Made by a program: the position numbers and the translations under genes. Positions 19,779 through 29,198 of a DNA stretch of 61,585 bases are shown here, in pieces. Position 1 is the first letter of the stretch; every line of letters begins with the position of its first letter. This DNA is from Candidatus Thorarchaeota archaeon (GTDB taxonomy: Archaea; Asgardarchaeota; Thorarchaeia; Thorarchaeales; Thorarchaeaceae): contig CP070761.1 of assembly GCA_020348985.1 (NCBI GenBank), forward strand, positions 2,009,492 through 2,071,076. Reading direction: 5' to 3'. The notes under the pieces were generated by a model. That model searched no databases, was not told the origin of the DNA, and was given only the letters and a program-made list of their open reading frames with translations.

Positions 19779-20576
19779 GTGATATTGGACATAGGAACGT
19801 TCGCACGAGAGGACAGTCAGGTCACGGAAGCAATCAAACACAAACCTGACTTCATCGACCTTCGTATGGACCTCGATTATCGACTCACATTCCGAGAAGT
19901 CTCGAAACAGTTGACAGATGAGGGAATCTATTGCACTCTACATCTTCCTAGTAGTCCAGAGTGGAGACCTCAAGACATCAGCAGAGAGATTGTACCATTC
20001 ATAGATATCGGAGCTGACATTGATGCAAAGCTTGTGACGTTCCATACAGCTCTTTCTTCTATATTCTATCCAGATACAGAGATAGATCAGTTCCTTCAGT
20101 CTGTCGCACTAGCTTGTGATGCGGCTCATGAAAGAGGCGTGACTCTGGCCGTGGAGAATCTGGGTCTGTTTTTCACTGAATTGGTTCTCCTATTCGACAT
20201 CTGTCCAAGAATCAAGATCTCCTTGGACATTGGCCACGCACAGATTTTGGCCTATCAGAATAGGGCGATTTCGATTATCCGCTCATTCTTCGATCGAATC
20301 GAGATGGTCAATGTTCACGACAACAATGGTTCAAGAATGATCAAAGACCTGATTGGGCAGAGAGAGAAACGCGATGTATCACACGAAGAAATCCGTGATA
20401 TGGGTGTCAGTTATGATCTACATCTGCCTATAGGGGAAGGTGAAATCGACTTCCAAGCTGTCTTCAGAGATCTCAAGGAGAATTCGTTTGATGGCAGATT
20501 TCTAATGATGTGCAATGAACCAGGTAGGTTCGCTGAAGAGAGAACCAAATTCGAGAAAGTGTGGTTGGAAGCCTAG
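19779..20576 (+). CDS. Sugar phosphate isomerase/epimerase (AP endonuclease 2 TIM barrel)
   Basis: TLHLP, VTFH, LAVEN, LDIGHA, NVHDN, HLPIGEGEIDF. Confidence 0.85.
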   Translation: MILDIGTFAREDSQVTEAIKHKPDFIDLRMDLDYRLTFREVSKQLTDEGIYCTLHLPSSPEWRPQDISREIVPFIDIGADIDAKLVTFHTALSSIFYPDTEIDQFLQSVALACDAAHERGVTLAVENLGLFFTELVLLFDICPRIKISLDIGHAQILAYQNRAISIIRSFFDRIEMVNVHDNNGSRMIKDLIGQREKRDVSHEEIRDMGVSYDLHLPIGEGEIDFQAVFRDLKENSFDGRFLMMCNEPGRFAEERTKFEKVWLEA

Positions 20577-21664
20577 CCCCTCTCCTTTATTGAACCGATA
20601 AGCTTCTCGAGTTCTTTGAGACCATTCTCGTCGTTTGCCTTCTGGAATAGCAACCTTGCAGTATCAACGACTTTTTTGGCATCAACATACTTCGCCTGAA
20701 CGACAAAGTACCGTGCCTGCTTGAGTCGAACCTGCCCCATCGCGCTATAGATTTCAGGGGGATAATCAAATCCATCGTGTGTAACAAGAGTGCCGCAATT
20801 TGGACAGGGTGTCGCAAGAATAGCGGCGGGAACACTTTCCATTCCAGATTCTGGCGTTGGTACCATTTTTGGTTCCTCCGGTAGTTCATATTCAAGGCCA
20901 ACCTCTTCGCCAGTGGGCTTTGCTGGCTGGACGATAGGTTCAGCGGGCGGTTCAGCGGCAACATCATCGTAGCGAGACGACGTAAACTCCTCCGACAAGT
21001 CAGATGGAACTGGAGAGCCCGACACGTGAGGCTGCAGAGAGGGATCAGCCTCAGCTTCGGAAGGAGCGGCAAACGCTGACTTTGTGCCGAGTATCTCGGC
21101 TTCAGCCTTCGTTGACGGAGTCGGTTCAGGCTCTGGAGTCACAGGAGCTGCAGGAGACGGCGGCGCCACTTGGGCAGGAGGAACCTCCGATGTTGGTGGT
21201 GCAGGCGCTGGCTCCGCGGGAGCAGCTGGCGCAGGGGGTCTTGGTTCCTCAGGACCCTCCAAGAGCTCCTTGACCTCACTAGCCCGTAGCATTCTGGTCT
21301 CAACCACTCCGGATCCTTCTTCTTCCAATCCGACAGTGTCAGCGCGTGAGAAAGCTTCCATGGCCTTCTCCATCTCGGTCTTTCCGCGTCTGGCGTCAGA
21401 CGTCCTAACTCTGTCTCTAGAGATTTCACTTGGCTTGACCCATGCATCATCAGTTGTTGTAGGCGAATCTGAACCAGAAGCCTCCGAAGCTGCACGGGTT
21501 GCTCTGCCTGTAGTCACTCGTCCGGTTTCAGGAATTTCGGGAGTGGGTTCTCTTGCGACCGGTGCGGGTTTAGTACTCGTACTCTTCAGTAGGGATTTGC
21601 CACAGCGTATGCAATACTTGCGTGTTGGCTGATTTGCCTTCCCGCAGTGACTACAGACCCGCAA
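20573..21664 (-). CDS. Zinc-ribbon protein with Pro/Glu-rich disordered linker and C-terminal helical (TPR-like) domain
   Basis: CSHCG..CIRCG; PAPAAPAEPAPAPP; CPNCG; helical C-terminus. Confidence 0.75.
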   Translation of the reverse strand: MRVCSHCGKANQPTRKYCIRCGKSLLKSTSTKPAPVAREPTPEIPETGRVTTGRATRAASEASGSDSPTTTDDAWVKPSEISRDRVRTSDARRGKTEMEKAMEAFSRADTVGLEEEGSGVVETRMLRASEVKELLEGPEEPRPPAPAAPAEPAPAPPTSEVPPAQVAPPSPAAPVTPEPEPTPSTKAEAEILGTKSAFAAPSEAEADPSLQPHVSGSPVPSDLSEEFTSSRYDDVAAEPPAEPIVQPAKPTGEEVGLEYELPEEPKMVPTPESGMESVPAAILATPCPNCGTLVTHDGFDYPPEIYSAMGQVRLKQARYFVVQAKYVDAKKVVDTARLLFQKANDENGLKELEKLIGSIKERG

Positions 21665-21763
21665 GACTTTCTATCCGCCTTTTGATAGTAAGGCATCTGA
21701 CCAGATATACATTTGTAAGGTGGGCTCTTCGAGGTCTATAACACATCTGAAGAGCAAGACATC

Positions 21764-22984
21764 CTAGGATAGACTACGTTGAATCTCTACTGCGGTTGTT
21801 ATGGCTCTAGCATAACATTCTTTGAGAGATTGGTTATCCTCAAGAATTGTACAAACAGGGTCTCCCTTTTCGACAATGGTACCGTCAGGGGTCCTATCAA
21901 CTGTCGTTCTGTAACGACTAAGACCAGCAACCTTTCCTGCTCGCCTAGAAAAAACAACCAGTTTCACCGCAGGTTTCGGGCTTGGGAGAGACTTCGGCAG
22001 AAGACCGTTGGTCGAGTCGATGTGAAGCTTGGTCAGTGACACGTTCATTGACCTTTCAATCATCTCAAGAGAACCTTGAATTCTGGGGTTTATCTCAAGT
22101 AACCAGAGTTCTTCTTTTTTGTCAACCACGAAATCGAGCCCATTGGATCCGATTAGCCCAAGTTCACAGGAGATCGCCTCAGAGAAATCTCTAACCTTCT
22201 TTTCCAAGCGGGCTGACAGATTATGTGGGAAGTAGTTCCCACAATAGACGAAATCACAGTTGCGTCCTGCGCTAGGCAGTCCTATTAGTTGTCCCTGAAC
22301 TGACACGAATCTTGCCTTTTCTCCTGAGGACAACACGCTGCAGCTAACATCAATCCCATGCACATACTCCTGAACCACCAGTGATGAAGACATTCTAGTC
22401 TCAGCTATGCGGGAATAGCGGTGTTTCGTTTGGTCAACGCTGCTAACCAATGCAATATCGCTTCCTCCTCCTGAGCGAATGGGCCGGACAACACAAGGAA
22501 AGCCAATCTTCTCTGCAGCCTTGACAGCAGATTCAGGAGAGTTGACTAGTCTTCGAGCTGGATATCGTATTTTCAGCTCCTCTGCTAGTTCTGAGACCCT
22601 CTTCACATTACGTGCCCGTCTCATGATCTCGGGCGAATTCCCGCAGATACCCCACTGCTCCTCAATCGGTGCGAGTACATCCGAACGATCGTCGAAACCG
22701 CTACCAACAATAACATGGTCAAAGTCAACCTCAAGATACTGGCTCAGGAAATTCTCAACGAGGCTGACATGAGCGGGTCTGTCAAGATCCGCTCTCTGAC
22801 GCAATCCTGGTTCTGGTGTTAAGACCGAAACAAACTCGGTGCTGCAATCTGCAAGATCGTCATCCCCCCAGTAATCAGAAACGTAGACACTCGCACCAGC
22901 TCTCAGTGCAGAGCAGGCGATAGGCCGTGCGTTGAAACCTATGACTGCTATTCGTGTGCCTTTCAGAGAGTTCTCAAGGGTCAT
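21764..22984 (-). CDS. ATP-grasp superfamily ligase (archaeal carboligase-like)
   Basis: DYWGDDD, IGFPCVVRP..SGGG, QEYVHG, YCGN, GLDF, LLEINPRIQG; start reassigned to MTLEN. Confidence 0.85.
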   Translation of the reverse strand: MTLENSLKGTRIAVIGFNARPIACSALRAGASVYVSDYWGDDDLADCSTEFVSVLTPEPGLRQRADLDRPAHVSLVENFLSQYLEVDFDHVIVGSGFDDRSDVLAPIEEQWGICGNSPEIMRRARNVKRVSELAEELKIRYPARRLVNSPESAVKAAEKIGFPCVVRPIRSGGGSDIALVSSVDQTKHRYSRIAETRMSSSLVVQEYVHGIDVSCSVLSSGEKARFVSVQGQLIGLPSAGRNCDFVYCGNYFPHNLSARLEKKVRDFSEAISCELGLIGSNGLDFVVDKKEELWLLEINPRIQGSLEMIERSMNVSLTKLHIDSTNGLLPKSLPSPKPAVKLVVFSRRAGKVAGLSRYRTTVDRTPDGTIVEKGDPVCTILEDNQSLKECYARAITTAVEIQRSLS

Positions 22985-23180
22985 TGTTTCTGGATTTGAA
23001 AGCGCCTTCTTAAGCGCTTTCAATGCATGACAAATTTGAGCAGCCGATTCTAGTGAGGTGCGATAGTGGCCCATTTGGCTGGTTTCCATTGGAGATAAGA
23101 AAGGCAGTTAGTTTCACCGCATAAACCTTATACATGCGATGTAGCATTTAACGCATGGCAAGCCCTCTGAGGGATTTGAT

Positions 23181-24761
23181 ATGCCAGATGAGAAGCTAAG
23201 TGAAGATGAGCAAGCCAAACTCATGGAGTCATTCAAGGATGCTGTTCTTGACGACACTGAAGTCCAGAGTATGGCTGTCGGAGAGGGAGAGGAAGGAGAG
23301 ATCATGCTCCCAGTAGATTCCGAGGAAGACCTGATTGCGGCTGCAGCCTCTGCTTTGGAGTTTGTAGATGCTCTTGATGGTCCTTCCGGCGCGACTGAGG
23401 CTGTAAGCGATCAACAGGCTGTTGCAGGGTTCGATGCTCTTCTAAACAAGCTGGAAACTCTTCGAGCCGACATTTCATCATTGCAGAGGGGAGTTGTGGG
23501 CGTTTTCGCGGCGCAGTTGCTTACTTTCAGAGGGAAAGTTGTTGAGCTGAAGTCCAGAGTATCAGAAGAGATGGTAGAAAGACTGAGGATGAAGTTCTTC
23601 AAGAGCTTCATCGAGACGACCTTCGTGGATATTGTAGACCACGAATTCTCTGCGCTTGAGAAGGAGCTTGTTGACAAGATCGTTGAACAGACTCAAGAGA
23701 AGTTCAAGGAATTCGCGTCTAGAGTAAGAGAGTCTGAGGTCGATCTTCGGACGACAATTGTAGAGCAACAGGATGTAGTGAGATCATTCATGCAAAGTCT
23801 CGAGCAGGAAGCAGCTGCACAGCTCGGCGAAGTTGCCGCTCGTGAAGGGGACGTCAGCAAGTTGCAAGATCAAATTCGCGCGCTTCAAATTGAGGTTGAC
23901 CAAGCTAGAGCAACTGGAGCGGCCACTGAGGAACTAGCTAGAAAGGTCGAAGAGCAAGAAGCACAGATCGAGTCTTTGAGAGCAGACCTTGCCAAGAAAG
24001 ATGGCATAATTGAGCTTCGTGCAAAAGAGCTGGAGGCCGCAAAAGCCCAGACTCAGGAAGCAACAATGAAGCTCGGTGAGGCTCAGAGTGCCATTGAGGT
24101 GTACAAGACTGAGCAAGCAACCGCGAAAGAGGCACCCAAGGCGTCTACAGCTGAGATTGAGGCCATGCAGAAGAAGATCGACCTTCTTGAGACGGCTCTA
24201 TCTGAGAAGAGGGACGAAGCCGAGAGGCTTGCTGCAACTGTCAAGGACTTGGACACACAGGCAGCTGAAGCTTCAAAGGCAAAAGATACAGCGGAAGCAG
24301 AGTCAGCCTCTCGCCTTGCGGAACTTGATCAGATTCAAGACAAGATTGCCCAGATAAAGGACCTTGAGGGTCGAGTCTACGAACTCGAACGTGAGCTTGA
24401 TGAATCACAGAAGAGTGTAGAGATTGTCAAGATGCAGAGTGAGGCATTTGAGAAAGCAACTCGCTTGATGGAAAAAGAGCGGGACATGGCTTTGGAACGC
24501 AGGGACGTTTCTGAAGAACGGACCAGACGTTACATAGAGGCCATGAAGGTCGAGGCAAGGACAAGAACACTTGTAATAGTCGACGAGGTGGGTTCGATAG
24601 AATTCGAGAAACTAGCGAAGACTCTAGGCATACCTGTTGGACTAGCCACAAAACACGTGAGAGACCTTGAGAAGATTGGTGTTCTCAAGATTGAAGGAGA
24701 TAGGGCCGTATCAACACTAAAGGATGACCAAATTGTAGAGGGTGAAGTGAAAGTAGATTAG
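23181..24761 (+). CDS. Long coiled-coil protein with C-terminal winged helix
   Basis: Acidic head, heptad-rich rod (about aa 85-455), tail SIEFEKLAKTLGIPVGLATKHVRDLEKIGVLKI; no Walker motifs. Confidence 0.8.
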   Translation: MPDEKLSEDEQAKLMESFKDAVLDDTEVQSMAVGEGEEGEIMLPVDSEEDLIAAAASALEFVDALDGPSGATEAVSDQQAVAGFDALLNKLETLRADISSLQRGVVGVFAAQLLTFRGKVVELKSRVSEEMVERLRMKFFKSFIETTFVDIVDHEFSALEKELVDKIVEQTQEKFKEFASRVRESEVDLRTTIVEQQDVVRSFMQSLEQEAAAQLGEVAAREGDVSKLQDQIRALQIEVDQARATGAATEELARKVEEQEAQIESLRADLAKKDGIIELRAKELEAAKAQTQEATMKLGEAQSAIEVYKTEQATAKEAPKASTAEIEAMQKKIDLLETALSEKRDEAERLAATVKDLDTQAAEASKAKDTAEAESASRLAELDQIQDKIAQIKDLEGRVYELERELDESQKSVEIVKMQSEAFEKATRLMEKERDMALERRDVSEERTRRYIEAMKVEARTRTLVIVDEVGSIEFEKLAKTLGIPVGLATKHVRDLEKIGVLKIEGDRAVSTLKDDQIVEGEVKVD

Positions 24762-24771
24762 AAGACTTCTG

Positions 24772-25143
24772 CTAGAATAACATTGATCTATCGCCCATCG
24801 AAAACTCTTCGACAATGTTGGTCCAGTAGCCTGCCATCTTCTCAAGGGATTTCGAGAAATCCTTTGAGAGCCTGAATTCGTTGTTCCTTTTCTCTACAAG
24901 TCCAACATCGATGAGCTTCCTTCGAACCTTCACATAGAGACCTCTGCTTGAGAGCATCAAACGCTCCCACTCCCAGTCAGGAATAGCCCCGTCTGATTGT
25001 ATTATCTCGTTCAGAATCCTAGATGCTTGTTCAATCTGCTTCTCCGTGAAGAACAAGTACCTCAGCAGATAACGAGGGGCAAGTAGCGACGGGCGTCTGA
25101 CAAGTCTAATCTTCTGATTCTCTCCTAGGGTTCCCATATCCAA
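24772..25143 (-). CDS. Small winged-helix protein
   Basis: SRGLYVKVRRKLIDVGLVEKRNNEFRLS wHTH pattern. Confidence 0.7.
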   Translation of the reverse strand: MDMGTLGENQKIRLVRRPSLLAPRYLLRYLFFTEKQIEQASRILNEIIQSDGAIPDWEWERLMLSSRGLYVKVRRKLIDVGLVEKRNNEFRLSKDFSKSLEKMAGYWTNIVEEFSMGDRSMLF

Positions 25144-25186
25144 TAACCGAGTACAGTTTCACGTTTGCTGAATATGGAACTAGGTA

Positions 25187-26179
25187 TTACTGCTGTGCAT
25201 ATGAGGATCGTCGAAAGCTCTTGACCAACAAGAACATAATGCCAAGAGCAGCAAACACTAGAACAGACACGACCGTCTGAAACGCAATCGTACCGATGCC
25301 TTGATAGAACAACACACCGCCTGCAACGATACAAGCAATGAAAGGTAACAGATTGATTGGGGTCCTCAGCTTGGACATCGCTGTGATCATGAAGAAAAAC
25401 CCGTAGCCTACCCCAGCAAAGGCAATCCCGAGTGCAAACATAACGGCTAGAAGCTCAAAAAGCCCAAACAGGAGCCATCCAGCAGCTGGGTAAACATATG
25501 CGACAACAAGCCATACAAGGTTGAAACCTACAATCACTTTGATTCCAGTTGATGCGTTGGAAATGTCTTGGTCTGATGGAGCGTTGCTGAACATGATTGT
25601 CATTGCCAGAAAGGCAACTATCCAGAATATTGGATTAACGACACTAAGCTCTGCAAAAGTGTAGAAGAAGACGTAGATGAATGATCCAATCTGCTCCACC
25701 GGATACATTGGATCTGCAAGAAGAACTGGGTTGTCCTTCATGAATATCAGGTCATTCAGTAGGTCAAGTCCAGCCCCTCCGATCCCAGGAGTATCTGGAA
25801 CAAGGTAAGTAGCGCCCAGTGCAAAGAACGTGAGAAGCACAAGAGACACCGCAACTGGCGCCAAGCTTATGATGGCGCTCTTAATCGAGCTTGTGGGCTT
25901 GTGGTGTTTCACATACCCAAGAATGACTTGATCTCCTTCATATGATACATTGATTGGCTTAAACTCGACTATAGGAGTTCTCGTGAATACACAGCCCAAT
26001 GCATGAGACGACTCGTGAAGTGCAACGCCCGGACCTACAAGAACCTGCCATGCACGGGACCCATGTGCTCTTGCTGTGCTCAACTCCCTATAGGACAACC
26101 TCTCAAGTATCCAGCCCAAACTCCACATCAAGAAGAAGAGTCCAAAAGATAGCAAAACGATTACGAAATAAGCGTTCAA
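25187..26179 (-). CDS. Membrane-embedded HExxH zinc metalloprotease (M50-like)
   Basis: PGVALHESSHALGC, GYVKH, ISLAP, PSDQD; about 7-8 TM helices. Confidence 0.78.
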   Translation of the reverse strand: MNAYFVIVLLSFGLFFLMWSLGWILERLSYRELSTARAHGSRAWQVLVGPGVALHESSHALGCVFTRTPIVEFKPINVSYEGDQVILGYVKHHKPTSSIKSAIISLAPVAVSLVLLTFFALGATYLVPDTPGIGGAGLDLLNDLIFMKDNPVLLADPMYPVEQIGSFIYVFFYTFAELSVVNPIFWIVAFLAMTIMFSNAPSDQDISNASTGIKVIVGFNLVWLVVAYVYPAAGWLLFGLFELLAVMFALGIAFAGVGYGFFFMITAMSKLRTPINLLPFIACIVAGGVLFYQGIGTIAFQTVVSVLVFAALGIMFLLVKSFRRSSYAQQ

Positions 26180-26200
26180 TTCAGAGCCTCCCTTTCACAT

Positions 26201-26683
26201 TCAGTCGATTCCTAATTCTCTTCTCTCTTCTTCTTCGGCTCTGTTAACTTCCCTCTCTTTAATCCTGTCCATTTCTATTTCGCGCCCTCTTCTGGCCTTG
26301 TCAACTTCTTTCTGTTTCTTTGAATCCAACTCACGAATTCTTTTCTCTCGTGCTTTCTTTGTGGATTGAATCTTCTTTCTCAGATTCTCGACTTTCTTCC
26401 TTGCTTCAGATTTCTTCTTTTCCTTGCCACCCTTAGCTCTCTTGTATGCTCTGTCTGCAGCTTTCCAATTTCGCTCTACTTCTAGAATTCTAGCACTGAT
26501 GCTTTCGTATGCGTCACGCTTTGCCATAGCATCCTTTCTCAACATCTCGACTTCTTGTTCATAGCGTGCATCAATCTGTGATAGCTCAGCTTCGGCTTGT
26601 CGAAGTTCTGCCTCGAACTTGCTCTTGTCTGAAGCAATCTTCCGAATCCTCTTGTCATCCCGGTATTCTGGGTCGTCTGACAT
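26201..26683 (-). CDS. Highly charged coiled-coil / single-alpha-helix protein
   Basis: Dominated by E/K/R with helical periodicity. Confidence 0.72.
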   Translation of the reverse strand: MSDDPEYRDDKRIRKIASDKSKFEAELRQAEAELSQIDARYEQEVEMLRKDAMAKRDAYESISARILEVERNWKAADRAYKRAKGGKEKKKSEARKKVENLRKKIQSTKKAREKRIRELDSKKQKEVDKARRGREIEMDRIKEREVNRAEEEERRELGID

Positions 26684-26747
26684 GGTTATCGGAAAACATT
26701 TGCTTGATGACTATTTCACTCTTGCCTATCTTGGCCGTGTCAAGTCA

Positions 26748-27020
26748 CTAGACTGCCATCATTATGGCAGTTGCAATATCAGCTGGGTCTGCACCAATGA
26801 TTTGTGTCCCCGATTTTGAAAGAAAGTCAGCGATTACTGATTTGATAGAGCTACTCTCCAAGTAGACTCCCTTCAGCCGCTCTTCAAGATCGGATAGTGC
26901 ATCCTCAGGGTGGAGGAAGAAATCCCCCATTATGGTGACTTTCTCAATCTTGTAGCCGACAGTCTTGAGTCGTATCTTGAGAAGCTTTCCGCCCGGAACT
27001 TTGTATGTGCTCGATCCCAT
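26748..27020 (-). CDS. lplB: Lipoate-protein ligase C-terminal subunit
   Basis: KVPGGKLL..ITIxGDFFLHPE-type motif (VTIMGDFFLHPE); real start MGSSTYK at 27020, 4 nt after lplA. Confidence 0.88.
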   Translation of the reverse strand: MGSSTYKVPGGKLLKIRLKTVGYKIEKVTIMGDFFLHPEDALSDLEERLKGVYLESSSIKSVIADFLSKSGTQIIGADPADIATAIMMAV

Positions 27021-27024
27021 TCTC

Positions 27025-27792
27025 CTACCTCGACAGATTCCATTCATCCCTGCCGTATTTCTCTTCAACAAGACTCTCCGCCAGTTCGATTTCGGCCGCA
27101 CTGAGTTCACCTTCAACAAGCTCAATGCCAAGAGCTTCCCCAAATCCGTCTCCTAAGGCCACCACCAGTTCATCAACTCCCACTTCACGTCCAAGAACCT
27201 CACGAACTGAGGTCACTCTTTGCCTGACATCTTCGATCATCTTGTCAGAGATCTTCTCCTGTGGCACTTTCAGAACAGAAAACATGACTTCTACATCTAG
27301 GTCTAACAGCGTTGTTCCGTGTTGAAGAACACAAGAACGACGCCGTGTCTGCGCATTTCCAGAGATCTTCTTGCCTCCAGTGACAACATCGTTGATAGGC
27401 TTGAATTTTGCATCAATGCCAAGGATATCGAGTGCTTTCACAACGCCGGCGCAAAGAATCTTGTAGGATTCGATTATGTCACTTGACACAAGCCTATGAT
27501 CGTTAGGTAGAATAATGCTGTATGTGACCTCTCCCCCATAATCGTGATAGACAGCGCCACCACCCGTCAAGCGACGTATATGGTCAATTCCGTTTCTTTT
27601 GCAGTATTCAAGATCGACCTCTTCCGTCATACCCTGGAAAGTCCCAATTGAGACCGCGGATGGTTGCCATCTATAGAGACGAAGGGTCGGAGGAACATGT
27701 CCAGCTTGAATTGAACGCATTATGGCTTCATCCAGTGCCATGTTCATATGTGCGCTACGGATTTCCAAGTCCAAGAATCGAACTTCATCCAT
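27025..27792 (-). CDS. lplA: Lipoate-protein ligase catalytic subunit (LplA/LipM family)
   Basis: NMALDEA, LRLYRW, RRLTGGGAVYHD, ND..GGKKISGNAQ, LQHGT. Confidence 0.93.
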   Translation of the reverse strand: MDEVRFLDLEIRSAHMNMALDEAIMRSIQAGHVPPTLRLYRWQPSAVSIGTFQGMTEEVDLEYCKRNGIDHIRRLTGGGAVYHDYGGEVTYSIILPNDHRLVSSDIIESYKILCAGVVKALDILGIDAKFKPINDVVTGGKKISGNAQTRRRSCVLQHGTTLLDLDVEVMFSVLKVPQEKISDKMIEDVRQRVTSVREVLGREVGVDELVVALGDGFGEALGIELVEGELSAAEIELAESLVEEKYGRDEWNLSR

Positions 27793-28780
27793 CCCGCTTC
27801 AACACTCCAGAGACCTCTAATGCTGATTTGACTTCGTTTTCAGAGAGAGTACGAGGAAAGTTGTAAGAGGTGCCTCCAGGACGCTCATTGTAGTATGGCC
27901 GATTGCAGCCGCTACAGCCAGATACTCTAAATGCTTGTCCAGTTGCAAGGCTCTGCTCAAGTTTCTCCGGTTCCATGCTGAATGACAGCTCCCCTGTTTC
28001 GTTGTATTCAACCAGCTCGTGTGAAGATACTCCCTGCGACAACAAGTGTCGGAGAATCTGCAGTCTTCGATAACTTCCTAGGTCTGGTGAACTTTCTCCT
28101 TCCAGAGATGTTCCACGAACACTTGTGAACGCAAATAGTCCCACACAAATACCCTGCTGGAACATCTCTATCAAGAATTCGCTAGCCTCGCGTTCTGTTT
28201 CTCCCAACCCTACTATCAGATGGGTTGTGACGTTTCCATCGCCAAACACTTCAACGGCATCCGAGAGAGCCTGTCTATGTGTCTCCCAGCGATAGTCACT
28301 GTCCCTTTCCTCTCCTTTGATCTGATTGAAGATAGCGGGTGTCGCGGCATCGATTGCGATGCCAATGTTCGTGGCCCCTGAATCGCGTAATCTCCTGAGG
28401 TCTGTGGACTGTAGGGGATGAATACAGACTGAGATAGGCCCATCGTAATGCTTCCTCAACTCTGTGAGGATGTACACAGTGTCATCAGCAACCCCCTGGT
28501 AGTTGAGACATTGAATGCAGATGCGCTGAAATTTCACAGAATCATTGAAAGAAGACATGGAATTTTGGAAGTCGTAAACGGGCCAGCTAATCCTAGAAAG
28601 CTTGTTCAATGCAGAGGTACTTTCTCGGGCTTGAGGGCAGAAGGCACAGTTTGCTCTGCATCCTGTTTCACAATACGTCATCAAGAAGGCTGAAGTGAAA
28701 TCTGGAATCAGATTTCCTCGCTCCAGACCTAGCTGGATTGCAGTCCCGATTGAGAGGCGGACTTTTTCGATTGTCTTCAT
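27785..28780 (-). CDS. lipS2: Radical SAM protein, LipS2-type archaeal lipoyl synthase component
   Basis: CRANCAFC (CX3CX2C), LSRISWP, HLIVGLGETE, C-terminal SGCSGCNRPY resembling the LipS2 TxGCPxC(N/D)RP motif; overlaps lplA; start 28780 or 28798. Confidence 0.78.
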   Translation of the reverse strand: MKTIEKVRLSIGTAIQLGLERGNLIPDFTSAFLMTYCETGCRANCAFCPQARESTSALNKLSRISWPVYDFQNSMSSFNDSVKFQRICIQCLNYQGVADDTVYILTELRKHYDGPISVCIHPLQSTDLRRLRDSGATNIGIAIDAATPAIFNQIKGEERDSDYRWETHRQALSDAVEVFGDGNVTTHLIVGLGETEREASEFLIEMFQQGICVGLFAFTSVRGTSLEGESSPDLGSYRRLQILRHLLSQGVSSHELVEYNETGELSFSMEPEKLEQSLATGQAFRVSGCSGCNRPYYNERPGGTSYNFPRTLSENEVKSALEVSGVLKRDG

Positions 28781-28874
28781 CAGCTTCACTCGAATCATGT
28801 TCCGCTATAATCGTGTCGTTTCACTGGCCAAGTCCACAACCAACCGAAAAGCACTATAGCAGGATGAAGCGGAC

Positions 28875-29198
28875 ATGTCTGCGGTGTACCTTTTGTCGAC
28901 AAGGACTAGGTTCAAGACATTCGTCACAGAGCAACGGATGCTTCTGATTACACAGATTGCGATTCTGCTAGGCCTGGTAATCCAAGTAATCATGTTTGCG
29001 TTTTTGCTGTGGTACGGCCGACCAGCCGACAGTAGCGATACTGCCCTAGTACAGCAGTTCTTCCTTGTCGCGGCCCTGTGGGTGATTACGATTGATTTGG
29101 GTGTAGGGCTTTTCTGGTGGGTATCGAAGCAGGGAGATTGGCCAATAGATCTTTCAGAATTCATAGATGAAGAGGAAGTATCACCGGAGCACACTTGA
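28875..29198 (+). CDS. Small 2-TM membrane protein
   Basis: Two hydrophobic helices and an acidic tail. Confidence 0.55.
   Translation: MSAVYLLSTRTRFKTFVTEQRMLLITQIAILLGLVIQVIMFAFLLWYGRPADSSDTALVQQFFLVAALWVITIDLGVGLFWWVSKQGDWPIDLSEFIDEEEVSPEHT

Noticed and set aside
23181-24761. SMC/Rad50 or ESCRT-III assignment
   Set aside because: No Walker A/B, signature motif or hinge; too long and lacking the Snf7 pattern
26201-26683. Snf7/ESCRT-III assignment
   Set aside because: Charge distribution and sequence do not fit, and no Vps4 gene is nearby
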